Origin: an uncultured Chloroflexia bacterium
GTDB taxonomy: Bacteria > Chloroflexota > Limnocylindria > Limnocylindrales > CSP1-4
Reading direction: 5' to 3'
Assembly (NCBI GenBank): GCA_963748625.1
Contig: CAVVJT010000007.1
Location: 96,001-160,000, forward strand
Length of the DNA: 64,000 nt
Position 1 is the stretch's first letter. Each line of letters begins with the position of its first letter. The notes beneath the pieces were generated by a model that searched no databases, was not told where the DNA came from, and saw nothing but the letters and a program-made list of their open reading frames with translations. Below are positions 29,091 to 39,048 of the stretch, one piece after another. Made by a program: the position numbers and the translations under genes.

Positions 29091-30344
29091 TCAACCGATG
29101 GCGGTGCGACTCCAGGTCACCGAGAACCGGGCTCCGCCGACAGGCGCGCGCCCGACCGCCCAACGCCCGCCGGTCGCCTTGACGATCGCATCGCCGATGG
29201 CGAGCCCGAGACCGGAACCGGCCGCCTCGGACGATGTGGTCACCGAGCGGTGGAAGCGGTCGAAGACGCGGTCGACCTCGTCCTCAGGAATCCCGGGTCC
29301 GGAGTCGTCCACGACCACCGATGCCCGGCTGCCATCGGTCACCACACTGACGACCACGCTCCCCTCCTCGGGCGCGTACTTGCAGGCGTTGTCCACGAGC
29401 ACGCCGATGAGGCGATCCACGAGATCGGCGGGTGCGACGACGAGCACGGGCTCGGCTGGGATGGCGACGCGCAGGTCAAGGCGGCGGGTCTCCGCGACGG
29501 CGGCGAAGCGCTCGGCGGCCTGCGAGGCGAGGATGCCGAGGTCCACGGGCCCGGTTGCCTGCGGCGTGGATGCCGCGTCGAACCGCGCCAGCCAGAGCAT
29601 GTCCTCCAGCAGCCGGCCCATCCGCTTGCTCTCGCGATCCACGCGGAGGAACGCCGTGCGGTACCACTCGGCCTCGCGGTCGGCCGCAAGCGCGAGCGTC
29701 GTGTTGGCCTCGATCACCGAGAGCGGGGTGCGGAGCTCGTGGGACGCATCGGCGGTGAACGCCAGCTGCCGGCGGCGCGCGGCTTCGATCGGCTCGGCAA
29801 CCCGACGGCCTACGAGGACGGAGCCGACGAACACCGATCCCAGCAGGAACGGGGCGATCAGCAGCGTGCCGAAGAAGATGACCCTCTGGGCATCGCCCAC
29901 TTGATCCGTCGCCTGCGCGACGACCAGCCGGCCGCCGTTGACGTCGGTCCCCGCGATGCGCATCGGGGTGCCGTCGATGACGGCGTCAGCAGGTGCGGTC
30001 GCGGTCTCGAGGCCGTCGGGCAGCGCGGGGTTGCCGGCCGGCGCCACGATCGTCCCGTCGTCACCCACGACCCACAGCAGGAACGGGGTGCCGTAGGGCC
30101 GGCCCGGATCACGATCGGGACGGGGGCCTCCGCTGTCCGAGGGGAACCCGCCGCCGAAGCCATCGGGCGGGACGCGGCCGAGTGCCTGCTCGAGCCGCTG
30201 GTCGATCTGGGACATGAGGTTCTGCGTGGCGAACAGCACGACAGTGCCGGCGATGGCCGCATACACGATGCCCACGACCAGGGTGGCCGACAGGGCGACC
30301 CGGATGGAACGGTTGCGGACGACGGACGTCCCGCTCATGGTCAT
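29091..30344 (-). CDS. Sensor histidine kinase
   Basis: Two TM helices; ADASHELRTPL H-box; DNACKY; DDSGPGI; GSGLGLAI. Confidence 0.95.
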   Translation of the reverse strand: MTMSGTSVVRNRSIRVALSATLVVGIVYAAIAGTVVLFATQNLMSQIDQRLEQALGRVPPDGFGGGFPSDSGGPRPDRDPGRPYGTPFLLWVVGDDGTIVAPAGNPALPDGLETATAPADAVIDGTPMRIAGTDVNGGRLVVAQATDQVGDAQRVIFFGTLLIAPFLLGSVFVGSVLVGRRVAEPIEAARRRQLAFTADASHELRTPLSVIEANTTLALAADREAEWYRTAFLRVDRESKRMGRLLEDMLWLARFDAASTPQATGPVDLGILASQAAERFAAVAETRRLDLRVAIPAEPVLVVAPADLVDRLIGVLVDNACKYAPEEGSVVVSVVTDGSRASVVVDDSGPGIPEDEVDRVFDRFHRSVTTSSEAAGSGLGLAIGDAIVKATGGRWAVGRAPVGGARFSVTWSRTAIG

Positions 30345-31009
30345 TCAGGCTCCACGCGGTAGCCGGCGCCGCGGACCGTCACGATGCGCACGCCGGCATC
30401 GGGGAGCTTGGAGCGCAGGCGCGACAGCTGGACATCGATGGCATTCGAGCCGAGGGGCTCGGTCTCGTCGGCCCAGGCGTGCTCGGCGATCGCCTTGCGG
30501 TCCACGACGGCCGGCGCACGGCGCAGCAGCAGCTCAAGGATCCGGTACTCGGTGGCCGTGAGGAGGCGCTCGGACGCGTTGACCGTGACCAGGTGCGTCA
30601 CCGGGTCCAGGGCCAGCTGCCCGCAGCGCAGCACCGGGGCATCCACGCCGCGTGGCCGGCGCTGCAGGGCGCGGACCCGGGCGAGGAGCTCACCGAAGTC
30701 GAAGGGCTTGACGAGGTAGTCGTCCGCACCGGAATCCAGGCCGCGGATGCGATCGGCGGGCGTGTCGCGGGCCGTCAGCATCAGGAGCGCCGTGGGCCGC
30801 TCGTGCCGGCGGGCCCAGTCGACCACGTCGATCCCCTCGGCCCCGGGCATCCGCCAGTCGATGACGGCGACGTCGTACTCGTACCACTTGAGCTGGTCGA
30901 TCGCATCGTCGCCACGCTCGACGGCGTCAACGTGGTAGCCGGCGTCCTGCAGGCCCAGCACGAGGACCTCGCGGAGGCCGGCGTCGTCCTCCGCCACCAG
31001 GATCCGCAT
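30341..31009 (-). CDS. OmpR-family response regulator
   Basis: MRILVAEDD, DWRMPG, GADDYLVKPF, TVRGAGY. Confidence 0.95.
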   Translation of the reverse strand: MRILVAEDDAGLREVLVLGLQDAGYHVDAVERGDDAIDQLKWYEYDVAVIDWRMPGAEGIDVVDWARRHERPTALLMLTARDTPADRIRGLDSGADDYLVKPFDFGELLARVRALQRRPRGVDAPVLRCGQLALDPVTHLVTVNASERLLTATEYRILELLLRRAPAVVDRKAIAEHAWADETEPLGSNAIDVQLSRLRSKLPDAGVRIVTVRGAGYRVEPE

Positions 31010-31252
31010 GCCGTCAGCCTCCGTTGGCGCCCGCCGGGAGGTCCCGGCGGGGGTGATGGTGCCATGTGGCGGCATCGGATGCGCCCCAGGGCGAGAGGGC
31101 GGGCCCGGGCTGGGGGGAAGCCCGGGCCCGCAGGTGGGTTCGATGAGGGCACTGTCGCAGGGGATTCCTTGCGGACGGGTTACGCTGCGGCCGGCCCGTC
31201 GGCGACCGACCCGTGGGCGCAAGGCATCCGCGTGAGACGCAGGGCCAGCGGG

Positions 31253-31279
31253 TGAAACCAACGCCCTGCGGACGGCGTA
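31253..31279 (+). promoter_or_regulatory. Putative ECF-sigma promoter
   Basis: TGAAAC-N17-CGTA upstream of the lipoprotein gene, resembling SigW-type ECF promoters. Confidence 0.45.
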
Positions 31280-31322
31280 TCAGCCGGTGTCCAGCGTCCC
31301 CCATGGGCAGGAGACCACAGCC

Positions 31323-31838
31323 ATGCGCTCACCGCTTCTCATCGGCCCCCTCGTCGGCCTCGCCGTGCTCCTCGCCGCGTGCGGCGGCGGGACCGCTGCC
31401 GCACCGGGCACGAACGCCCCCGCCCCGACCACCGCTCCTGCAACCGAGGCCCCTGCAACCGAGGCCGCCACCCCTCCGGCATCCAGTGCCGCGGCCGAGA
31501 CGGCCGTCAACCTCGTGGACACCTCGCTTGGGAAGGTGCTCGTCGATGGCAAGGGCATGACGCTCTACATGTTCACGGCCGACAGCGCCGGCACCGCGAC
31601 GTGCTACGAGGCGTGCGCCCAGAGCTGGCCGCCGATCCTCGGCACGGCCACGCCGGGCACCGGGCTCGACGCCGAGGACTTCGCCACCACGACCCGCACC
31701 GACGGCACGACGCAGGCGACGTTCTACGGCATGCCCCTGTACCTGTTCGCAGGTGACGCGGCACCGGGCGACGTCAACGGCCAGGGCGTCGGTGGCAAGT
31801 GGTACGTGCTGGGCGCGGACGGCAAGCCGATCAAGTAG
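31323..31838 (+). CDS. Secreted lipoprotein, COG4315/Lipoprotein_15 repeats
   Basis: Lipobox LAAC; GMTLYMFTAD, CAQSWPP, GMPLYLFAGD..GDVNGQGVGGKW. Confidence 0.9.
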   Translation: MRSPLLIGPLVGLAVLLAACGGGTAAAPGTNAPAPTTAPATEAPATEAATPPASSAAAETAVNLVDTSLGKVLVDGKGMTLYMFTADSAGTATCYEACAQSWPPILGTATPGTGLDAEDFATTTRTDGTTQATFYGMPLYLFAGDAAPGDVNGQGVGGKWYVLGADGKPIK

Positions 31839-31880
31839 TCCAGGAGGGTCGAAGGCGCCCGGGCCGACGGGATGGACGGC

Positions 31881-32456
31881 TCAGACCGCCCGCTCGTTCC
31901 GGGCAGCCCGCTCCGTGGCTGCCGCGATGCGGGCGGCGCGGGTGGCGGGCCGCTTGGCGACCGAGATCCAGCCGACGATCTGCTTGCGCACGCTTGCCGG
32001 GAAGGCGGCGAAGTTGACGGCGGCCGCCGGCCGTGCGGCCAGTGCCGCAGCGAGGTCATCGGGCACGACACCTGCCTCCGAGTCGTCGAGCACGGTCCAC
32101 GAGCCGTCCGCCTTGGCGCGGTCGATCACCGCGCGCCCGGCCGGCTGCATGCGGCCAGCCGCCTCGAGCCTGGCAACCCGCGCCTTGTTGGTGGCAGCCC
32201 ACACGGAGCCCGCCTTGCGCGGCGCGAAATAGAGCTTCGTGCGCTGCTCGTCCACGCGGCCCGCCGTGCTGTCCACCCAGCCGACGCACAGGGCCTCCTC
32301 GATGGCGGCCTCGTAGGGCAGCACCTCGTGGCCGGATCCCTTGCGCCACGTCACCAGCCACGCGCACGCCGCGGTCGCGTGGTTGGCCTGCAGCCAGGCC
32401 CGCCACTCCTCACGCGTCTCACACTGCACGAGCGGCGCGTCGTCGAGCTTGCCCAT
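31881..32456 (-). CDS. YdeI/OmpD-associated family protein
   Basis: WRAWLQANH, EALCVGWVDS, PRKAGSVWAATNK, VPDDLAAAL, AKRPATRAARI. Confidence 0.9.
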   Translation of the reverse strand: MGKLDDAPLVQCETREEWRAWLQANHATAACAWLVTWRKGSGHEVLPYEAAIEEALCVGWVDSTAGRVDEQRTKLYFAPRKAGSVWAATNKARVARLEAAGRMQPAGRAVIDRAKADGSWTVLDDSEAGVVPDDLAAALAARPAAAVNFAAFPASVRKQIVGWISVAKRPATRAARIAAATERAARNERAV

Positions 32457-32472
32457 GGGCGAAGGGTAGTCG

Positions 32473-34164
32473 CTACGCCCGCTCGCGGTCCTTGACGATC
32501 CGCTGGGCAGCGAACTTGCCGGGCGCCCCTGTCACGCAGCCACCCGGATGCGTCCCGGAGCCGCACTGGTAGTAGCCGTCGATGGGGGTGCGGTAGTCGG
32601 CATATCCGGGTGCCGGGCGGAACGAGAACATCTGCGAGGCGAACAACTCGCCGTGGTAGATGTTCCCCTCCGTGAGGCCTGCGACGTGCTCGATGTCGAG
32701 GGGCGTCACGACCTCGCGCTGGAGCACGAGGTCGGAGAAGCCGGGGAAGAACGACTCGAGCGTCCGCTGCGCGACGTCGCCCAGGTTCTGGCGCTCCGTC
32801 TCCCAGTCCGAGCCCTTGAGCTCGTACGGGGTGTACTGGGTGAAGCAGGACATGACGTGCTGGCCGGGAGGCGCCATGTCGGGGTCAACGACGCTCTGGA
32901 TGCACGTGTCGAGATAGGGCCTGCTGCTGTACCAGCCGTACTTGCCCTCGTCGAAGGCGTGCTCGAGGTAATCCATGGAGGGCGCGATGTTGACGAAGCC
33001 CCGCAGGTGGTCATCACGACCCGGGAACGACGGGTGCTCCGGCAGGCCCGAGAGGGCGAAGTTCACCTTGGAGGAGACGCCCTGGAAGCGGTAGCGACGG
33101 ATGGCATCCACGAGATCGGTGGGCAGCTCGCGCGGATCCACGAGCTCCATGAACGTGCGCCGCGGGTCCAGCGCGGACACCACGATGGGCGCGTGCAGCT
33201 CGGTGCCGTCGGCGAGCGCGACGCCCACCGCCTGGCCGTGCCTCGTGATCACGCTGTCCACGGGCGCCTCGGTGCGGATCTCCGCGCCGAAGGAGCGGGC
33301 CGCGCGGGCCAGGACCTGGGTGAAGCCGCCGTTGCCGCCCTTGTGGAACGACCACGTGCCCAGGGCCCCGTCGTGCTCGCCGAGCATCAGGTAGAGCAGC
33401 GCAAGGCCCGACCCCGCCGAGCGCGGACCGACCTTGGTGCCGACCGTGCCCGACGAGGAGAGCCAGCCCTTGAGGAGCTCGTTCTCGAAGTAGTCGTCGA
33501 GGAAATCCGCGGCGGAGCCCGTGAGCAACCGCACCGCGTTGTGCAGGACGTCCTTCGGCAGCGCCTTGAAGCGTGCGCCCAGCCCCGCGAGGGCGAGGAG
33601 CTCCTCGGGGTCGTCGGTGAAGAGGTTCGGGGCAGGGGCGTCCATCAGTGGCTTGAACGCCTGGAGGATCTTGCCGATGTCCGAGTCGTACCGGTCATAG
33701 GCGTCGGCGTCGTGCTTGGACAGCCGCCGGATCTCCTGCTGGTTGACCGCGTGGTCCTGCGTCATCAGCAGGTACTCACCGTTCTCGCCCGGGCAGAACG
33801 TCGAGGCCATCAGCAGCGGCATGAAGCCGTGCTTGACGAGGTCCAGCTCCTGGACGATGTCGGGGCGGAACAGCGAGAGCGCGTACGAGAAGGTCGTGAA
33901 GGAGAACCCTGGGCGCAGCTCCTCGGTGATGGCCGCGCCGCCGACGATGTGCCGGCGCTCCAGCACAAGCGTCTTCAAGCCGGACTTCGCGAGGTAGGCG
34001 CCGTTGACGAGGCCGTTGTGCCCACCGCCGACGACGATCGCGTCCCAGGTCTCGTCCTTCGCGTGCCGGGCCGGGGTCGTGGTGGCTTTCGGGGCCGCCT
34101 TCGTGGAGGCCTTCGCGGGCTTGACGGCCTCGGCCTTCTTGTCGGTCTTCTTCGTCGTCGCCAT
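32473..34164 (-). CDS. FAD-dependent oxidoreductase, phytoene-desaturase-like (COG1233/PYROXD2-type)
   Basis: VGGGHNGLV, LERRHIVGGA, GNIYHGEL, YQCGSGTHPGGCVTGAPG; TGATG coupling to the upstream gene. Confidence 0.9.
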   Translation of the reverse strand: MATTKKTDKKAEAVKPAKASTKAAPKATTTPARHAKDETWDAIVVGGGHNGLVNGAYLAKSGLKTLVLERRHIVGGAAITEELRPGFSFTTFSYALSLFRPDIVQELDLVKHGFMPLLMASTFCPGENGEYLLMTQDHAVNQQEIRRLSKHDADAYDRYDSDIGKILQAFKPLMDAPAPNLFTDDPEELLALAGLGARFKALPKDVLHNAVRLLTGSAADFLDDYFENELLKGWLSSSGTVGTKVGPRSAGSGLALLYLMLGEHDGALGTWSFHKGGNGGFTQVLARAARSFGAEIRTEAPVDSVITRHGQAVGVALADGTELHAPIVVSALDPRRTFMELVDPRELPTDLVDAIRRYRFQGVSSKVNFALSGLPEHPSFPGRDDHLRGFVNIAPSMDYLEHAFDEGKYGWYSSRPYLDTCIQSVVDPDMAPPGQHVMSCFTQYTPYELKGSDWETERQNLGDVAQRTLESFFPGFSDLVLQREVVTPLDIEHVAGLTEGNIYHGELFASQMFSFRPAPGYADYRTPIDGYYQCGSGTHPGGCVTGAPGKFAAQRIVKDRERA

Positions 34165-35363
34165 CACGCCGTCTTCCGCTGGGGGTTGTAGAGGGGCAGC
34201 CGCGCGGTCTCCGCAGCCACGTGGACGTAGCGGTGGTTGATGGGGATCTCCAGGTTGACCTTCGATCCCGGGGCGGCCAGGCCGACTGGGACGCGAGCGA
34301 TGCCGATGTGGCGCTGGAGGACCGGCGAGTACATGAAGCTGGTCACGAAGCCCACCTGCTCGCCCGCCTGGTCGTACAGGTACTGCTCGGCCTGGACGGG
34401 CACGTGGTTCATCTGGGGCAGATGGCCCGCCTCCTCGTGGACGCGGTTCCAATCCTCGTAGTCCACCAGGATGCCCGTGGTCCGGAAGCGCGAGGTCCCC
34501 TGGTCGCGCTCACGACGGAGGGCGTTGCGGCCGATGAAGATTCGGTCGTCGTCGAGGCCCTTGAGCGTCCAGCCGAGGCCCAGCTCGAAGGGGGTCGCGC
34601 GGTCGTGGTCGGTCCAGGCGAAGCGGCTGGAGACGAAGTCCACGTCGAGCAGGAGGAGGCCCGCCTCGATCCGTGTCATGTAGAGCGCCTGCAGGCCGTA
34701 GGGGATCACGCCGTACCCGCGGGTCCCGTCCCAGACGGCGTCCCAGACCGCGAGTGCGTCGTCCGTGCGGCACCAGATCTCGTAGCCGAGGTCACCGGTG
34801 TACCCGGTGCGCGACACGTTCACCGCGCGCCCGCCGATGGTGGCCGGGCCGTGGCCGAAGTACGGGAGCGCGCCGATGGCGGGGTCGAGGCGCTCCAGGA
34901 GCATCCGGGACCGGGGACCCTGGAGGGCGAGCACCGCCCAGTCGTCGGAGACGTCCTCGATCTCGACCTGGTCGCGCGGCCCCCGCAGGTCGGCGAAGTA
35001 GGCGAGGTTCGGCTCGGCCGCGGTCAGGGTGAATTCGTCCTCGGCATGGCGCAGGAGCACGCCGTCCTCCACGACGAAGCCGCGGTCGTCGCACCAGATC
35101 GCGTAGTGGGCCTCGCCCGGCTTGAGGGTCCGGGGGTCGCGGGCCATCACGCCCGCGAGGAACCGCTCCGCGCCAGGGCCGCTGAAGCGGTACTTGAACA
35201 GCGGCGACACGTCGAAGATGCCGGCCGCGTTGCGGACCGAGACGTACTCGGCCTTCTCGGAGAGCTGGTACCGGTCCGCGGCCAGCCGGCCTGACCAGTG
35301 GCTCCACAGGCCGGTCGTGTTGAGCGCCGCCGTGCGCTCGTGGAAGGGGGTGGTTCCGATCAT
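34164..35363 (-). CDS. Aminomethyltransferase (GcvT/DmdA-like, THF-dependent)
   Basis: TPFHER, GIFDVSPLFKY, LALQGP, SRTGYTGDLGYEIW, RIEAG, SPVLQRHIG. Confidence 0.92.
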   Translation of the reverse strand: MIGTTPFHERTAALNTTGLWSHWSGRLAADRYQLSEKAEYVSVRNAAGIFDVSPLFKYRFSGPGAERFLAGVMARDPRTLKPGEAHYAIWCDDRGFVVEDGVLLRHAEDEFTLTAAEPNLAYFADLRGPRDQVEIEDVSDDWAVLALQGPRSRMLLERLDPAIGALPYFGHGPATIGGRAVNVSRTGYTGDLGYEIWCRTDDALAVWDAVWDGTRGYGVIPYGLQALYMTRIEAGLLLLDVDFVSSRFAWTDHDRATPFELGLGWTLKGLDDDRIFIGRNALRRERDQGTSRFRTTGILVDYEDWNRVHEEAGHLPQMNHVPVQAEQYLYDQAGEQVGFVTSFMYSPVLQRHIGIARVPVGLAAPGSKVNLEIPINHRYVHVAAETARLPLYNPQRKTA

Positions 35364-35512
35364 GGGGCGCGCGGGTCCTCCTCCGGGCGGGGTCAGAGCA
35401 CGCTACCGGGTCCGGGGTCTCGTGGCCAGCCCTTGTTGCCCACGATGGGCCGGCGTTCGCTGGGGTGCGGGGCCGCGGCCGGGCCTGCGCCCGGACCAGG
35501 GACATCAGGGCG

Positions 35513-36037
35513 TCAAGCGCCGGCTGCATCCTCCGTGGCCGCGCGCGCCTCGGCGAGTCCGCCCTCCTCCTCGATAAGCGGTGCGGTCGTGATGTTCCAC
35601 CCGCCGAAGACGGCCACGCCATCCAGGCGGAGCGTGGGCGCACCGACGGCAGGGTTGCCGTGTGGCCGGCTGTCGCTCACGCCGCCCGGGACACACAGCA
35701 CGGCCGACTCGACCCGCCAGTCATCGGGCACCACAAGGTTGCCGCCGCCGAACAGCGCCTGCACCCGGAGGGTGGCGCCATCGGGCGCAAGCCGGGTCCG
35801 CAGCAGGTCCAGCGTGCCGCCGCCGAACCACGTCGTCACCGCCCCGCCGCGGAACGCCTGCGCCGTGGCCTCGTGCTCGAGCGGGCCGAAGGTGGCAACG
35901 AGATCCACCTCGTCGGCGTCGGGCTCCTGGCGCACGGATGCACGGCCGAACAGCTTCGCGTAGGCGACGGCGCCGAACACGAAGACGAACCAGCCGAAGA
36001 GGAGGATGGCGAGGAGCTTGAGCAGGCGGCCGGGCAT
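35513..36037 (-). CDS. LiaF/DUF2154-like membrane-anchored protein
   Basis: N-terminal TM; FRGGAVTTWFGGGTLDL, ALFGGGNLVVPDDWRV, AVFGG. Confidence 0.7.
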   Translation of the reverse strand: MPGRLLKLLAILLFGWFVFVFGAVAYAKLFGRASVRQEPDADEVDLVATFGPLEHEATAQAFRGGAVTTWFGGGTLDLLRTRLAPDGATLRVQALFGGGNLVVPDDWRVESAVLCVPGGVSDSRPHGNPAVGAPTLRLDGVAVFGGWNITTAPLIEEEGGLAEARAATEDAAGA

Positions 36038-36315
36038 CGTGAGACTCCCAGGAGGCAGGTCTGGCGCAGTCGGCACCAGGGTCGAGCGAAGGGTCCGCCA
36101 CAGGGGGCAATGGGACAAGGTCCCTGTGGACCACGAAGGCCGGTGATTCGCGCCCGCTCCCGATCGCGGGTATGGTTCAGCCTTCGTTCGTGTTCTACGG
36201 GTGCCCCCGGTCGGCGCCCCGGTCATACCCAGACCGCAGGATCCCGACACCCAATCAGCGCCCCGGACCGGGCCCCGCACGTGCGGGACGTGGGCCCTCC
36301 AGGAGCCGCTACACC

Positions 36316-38067
36316 GTGACCTTCGACGGTCTCGGGCTGTCGCCCGAGTTGCTGCGCGCCGTGGATGACGAGGGCTATACCCAGCCCACGCCGGTCCAGC
36401 TCGCCGCCATCCCCCTTGTCCTTGCCGGCCGCGACGTGCTCGCAGGTGCCCAGACGGGCACCGGCAAGACGGCTGCCTTCGTGCTGCCGATCATCAACAT
36501 GCTCCACGCCACGCGACGTGACGGCACAGGACGCCACCCCGTTCGCGTCCTCGTCGTCGTGCCCACGCGCGAGCTCGCGATCCAGGTGGAGGAGTCCGTG
36601 CGCACGTACGGCGTCCACCGGCCGATCCGCTCGGCGACCATCTACGGTGGGGTGGGCTTCGGTCCCCAGCTCACCAAGCTGCGCGCTGGCCCCGAGATCG
36701 TGGTCGCGACGCCCGGGCGCCTGCTCGACCACATCGGACGCGGGACCGTCGACCTCTCGCGCGTCGAGATTCTCGTCCTCGACGAGGCCGACCGGATGCT
36801 CGACATGGGCTTCATCCGCGACATCCGCAAGATCCTCGCCCTGCTCCCGAAACGCCGCCAGAACCTGCTGTTCTCGGCGACCTTCTCGGACGACATCCGC
36901 GGGCTCGCCGACGGCCTGCTGGACAACCCGGCCCTGGTCCAGGTGACGCCGCGGAACACCACGACCGAGCTTGTCGACCAGCTGGTGATCCCGGTGGACC
37001 GCGAGCGCAAGCGCGACCTGCTGCGCGAGCTCGTGGCCCTCGGCCGGGTCCGCCAGGCCCTCGTCTTCACGCGGACCAAGCACGGCGCGAACCGGCTGGC
37101 ATTGCAGCTGCAGAAGGACGGCATCAGCACGGCCGCCATCCACGGCAACCGCAGCCAGGGCCAGCGGGTCAAGGCGCTCGACGACTTCAAGGCCGGGCGT
37201 GTCTCCATGCTGGTCGCGACCGACATCGCCGCCCGCGGCCTCGACATCGAGCAGCTGCCGACGGTGGTCAACTACGAGCTGCCGATGGTGGCCGAGGATT
37301 ACGTCCACCGGATCGGCCGGACCGGGCGGGCTGGCGAGACGGGCCAGGCGATCAGCCTCGTCTGCGTCGACGAGGCACCGCTGCTGCGCCAGATCCAGGG
37401 CCTGCTCAAGCGCCAGGTCCCGTCCGAGGTGATCGCCGGCTTCGAGCCCGACAGCCGCGCGAGGCCGGAGCCGATCCGCCTGCGGTCCACGCCCGCCGAG
37501 CGGGAGGAGACGCGCGCGAACCGGGCTGCAGCGAGTGCGGTCGCCGTCGGGGCCGCCAGGGCTGCCGGCGGACCGGGTCACCAGCAGCGGAACCGGGGCG
37601 AGGACGGGGTCGCGCGCGGCCGGCGTCCCGGACCGGCAGGCGAGGAGCGCGTCACCGAGGCACATCCGCGTGCCGCCGGCGGCCGGCCGGCCGACCAGGC
37701 TCGCGGGCCGCGTCACGCTCGTGGCGCGGGTGGCCGGACGGCTGCACGCTCCGATCGGAGCGGTGCCTCCATCGGCCAGCCACCGGCCCAGGGCTGGTCG
37801 CAGGGTGAGCGCCAGGCGGAATCGGCGGGTCGTCCCCAGGCCCATCCGCATGCGCAGGGCGGCCGCGGCCGCGGTGCCCGGAGCGGGCGTCCGGCATCGG
37901 GCTCGGGTCGTCCGGGTTCCGCTTCCGGGCGGCCTGGTTCCGCATCCGGCCGGCCCGACGCCGCCCGGACCTCCGGGTCCACGTCGGGCCACGGACCGCA
38001 GGGCGCTGACGGTCGTTCGCGGGCGCTGCCCGGGGAGCGTATCCGCCGCCTCGACGGTCCTCGCTGA
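36316..38067 (+). CDS. rhlE: DEAD-box RNA helicase, RhlE-like
   Basis: [47 protein letters not shown]; Gly/Arg-rich tail. Confidence 0.9.
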   Translation: MTFDGLGLSPELLRAVDDEGYTQPTPVQLAAIPLVLAGRDVLAGAQTGTGKTAAFVLPIINMLHATRRDGTGRHPVRVLVVVPTRELAIQVEESVRTYGVHRPIRSATIYGGVGFGPQLTKLRAGPEIVVATPGRLLDHIGRGTVDLSRVEILVLDEADRMLDMGFIRDIRKILALLPKRRQNLLFSATFSDDIRGLADGLLDNPALVQVTPRNTTTELVDQLVIPVDRERKRDLLRELVALGRVRQALVFTRTKHGANRLALQLQKDGISTAAIHGNRSQGQRVKALDDFKAGRVSMLVATDIAARGLDIEQLPTVVNYELPMVAEDYVHRIGRTGRAGETGQAISLVCVDEAPLLRQIQGLLKRQVPSEVIAGFEPDSRARPEPIRLRSTPAEREETRANRAAASAVAVGAARAAGGPGHQQRNRGEDGVARGRRPGPAGEERVTEAHPRAAGGRPADQARGPRHARGAGGRTAARSDRSGASIGQPPAQGWSQGERQAESAGRPQAHPHAQGGRGRGARSGRPASGSGRPGSASGRPGSASGRPDAARTSGSTSGHGPQGADGRSRALPGERIRRLDGPR

Positions 38068-38115
38068 CACCCGTTCCCCGCTGACACCCAGCCCCTGCAC
38101 CCGTAGACTCCGCAC

Positions 38116-38961
38116 ATGCCCTCCTTCTACCGCCTCGAGGATCCCCTGCCGCCGCTCGACGCGCCGGTGGTCGTGGCCGCCTTCGACGGTTGGGTCGACG
38201 CGGGCGCCGCGGCGACCACCGTGCTCGACCTCCTCGGTGACGGCGCACCGGTCGTCGCCACGTGGGACCCCGACGAGCTGTTCGACTACCGCGCGCGACG
38301 CCCCACGCTCGAGATCCGCGATGGCGTGCTCACCCGGCTCACCTGGCCTGCCATCACCCTTCGGGCTGCGCGGTTCGGCGGGCGGGACGTGCTGCTGCTC
38401 TCGGGCGCCGAGCCTGACGACCAGTGGCGGCGGTTCGCGTCGAGCGTGGTCGAGGTGCTGACCCGGCTCGGCGTGCAGGAGTGGGTGAGCCTTGGCTCCA
38501 TCCCCGCCGCTGTCGCGCACACGCGCCCGGTCCCGGTCATGGGCACAGCCTCTCCCAGGGGTGTCTTGCGCGGGGGCGTCCAGCCCGGTCCCACCGGCCT
38601 GCTCAAGGTTCCCGCCGCCGCGCTGTCCATGCTCGAGATGGCCGTCTCGGAGGCGGACGTCCCGACGGTCGGGTACTTCGCCCAGATCCCCCACTACGTC
38701 AGCGGGCCCTACTCGCTGGCCTCCCTGGAGCTGCTGGTGAGCCTGGAGCTGCACCTGGGAGTCCCGCTGCCGCGGGGGGACCTCGTCGAGGAGGGCCGCC
38801 AGCTCCGCCAGCGCCTGGATGCAGCTGCAGCGGCGGACGAGGCCACGCGAGCCTACGTCGAGCGGCTGGAGTCGATGGTGGACGAGTCACGCCGCCCGGA
38901 GGGCGACGACCTCATCGCCGAGATCGAGCGCTTCCTGCGCAACGGCGGCGATCCCGCCTGA
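38116..38961 (+). CDS. PAC2 (proteasome assembly chaperone) family protein
   Basis: AFDGWVDAG, LFDYRARRP, GAEPD, HTRP, QIPHYV, YVERLE. Confidence 0.88.
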   Translation: MPSFYRLEDPLPPLDAPVVVAAFDGWVDAGAAATTVLDLLGDGAPVVATWDPDELFDYRARRPTLEIRDGVLTRLTWPAITLRAARFGGRDVLLLSGAEPDDQWRRFASSVVEVLTRLGVQEWVSLGSIPAAVAHTRPVPVMGTASPRGVLRGGVQPGPTGLLKVPAAALSMLEMAVSEADVPTVGYFAQIPHYVSGPYSLASLELLVSLELHLGVPLPRGDLVEEGRQLRQRLDAAAAADEATRAYVERLESMVDESRRPEGDDLIAEIERFLRNGGDPA

Positions 38962-39048
38962 CGGCAGGGGCACGCCGGTCGGGCCGACGACGCGGGTCGC
39001 CGGCGTGGGCTGGCGAGCGTAGGAAAGACGGGCTCCCCCGGTGACCGG

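Noticed and set aside
32473-34164. Carotenoid biosynthesis (crtI)
   Set aside because: No crtB/crtE nearby; the motifs and coupling to a GcvT-like gene fit the COG1233/PYROXD2-like group.
34164-35363. Glycine cleavage T protein (gcvT)
   Set aside because: No gcvH/gcvP and no glycine riboswitch; the FDVSPLFKY motif is unlike the FDVSHMG of true GcvT.
38116-38961. Pup-proteasome locus
   Set aside because: Only the PAC2-family gene is present; no pup, pafA, dop, arc or prcAB in the window.
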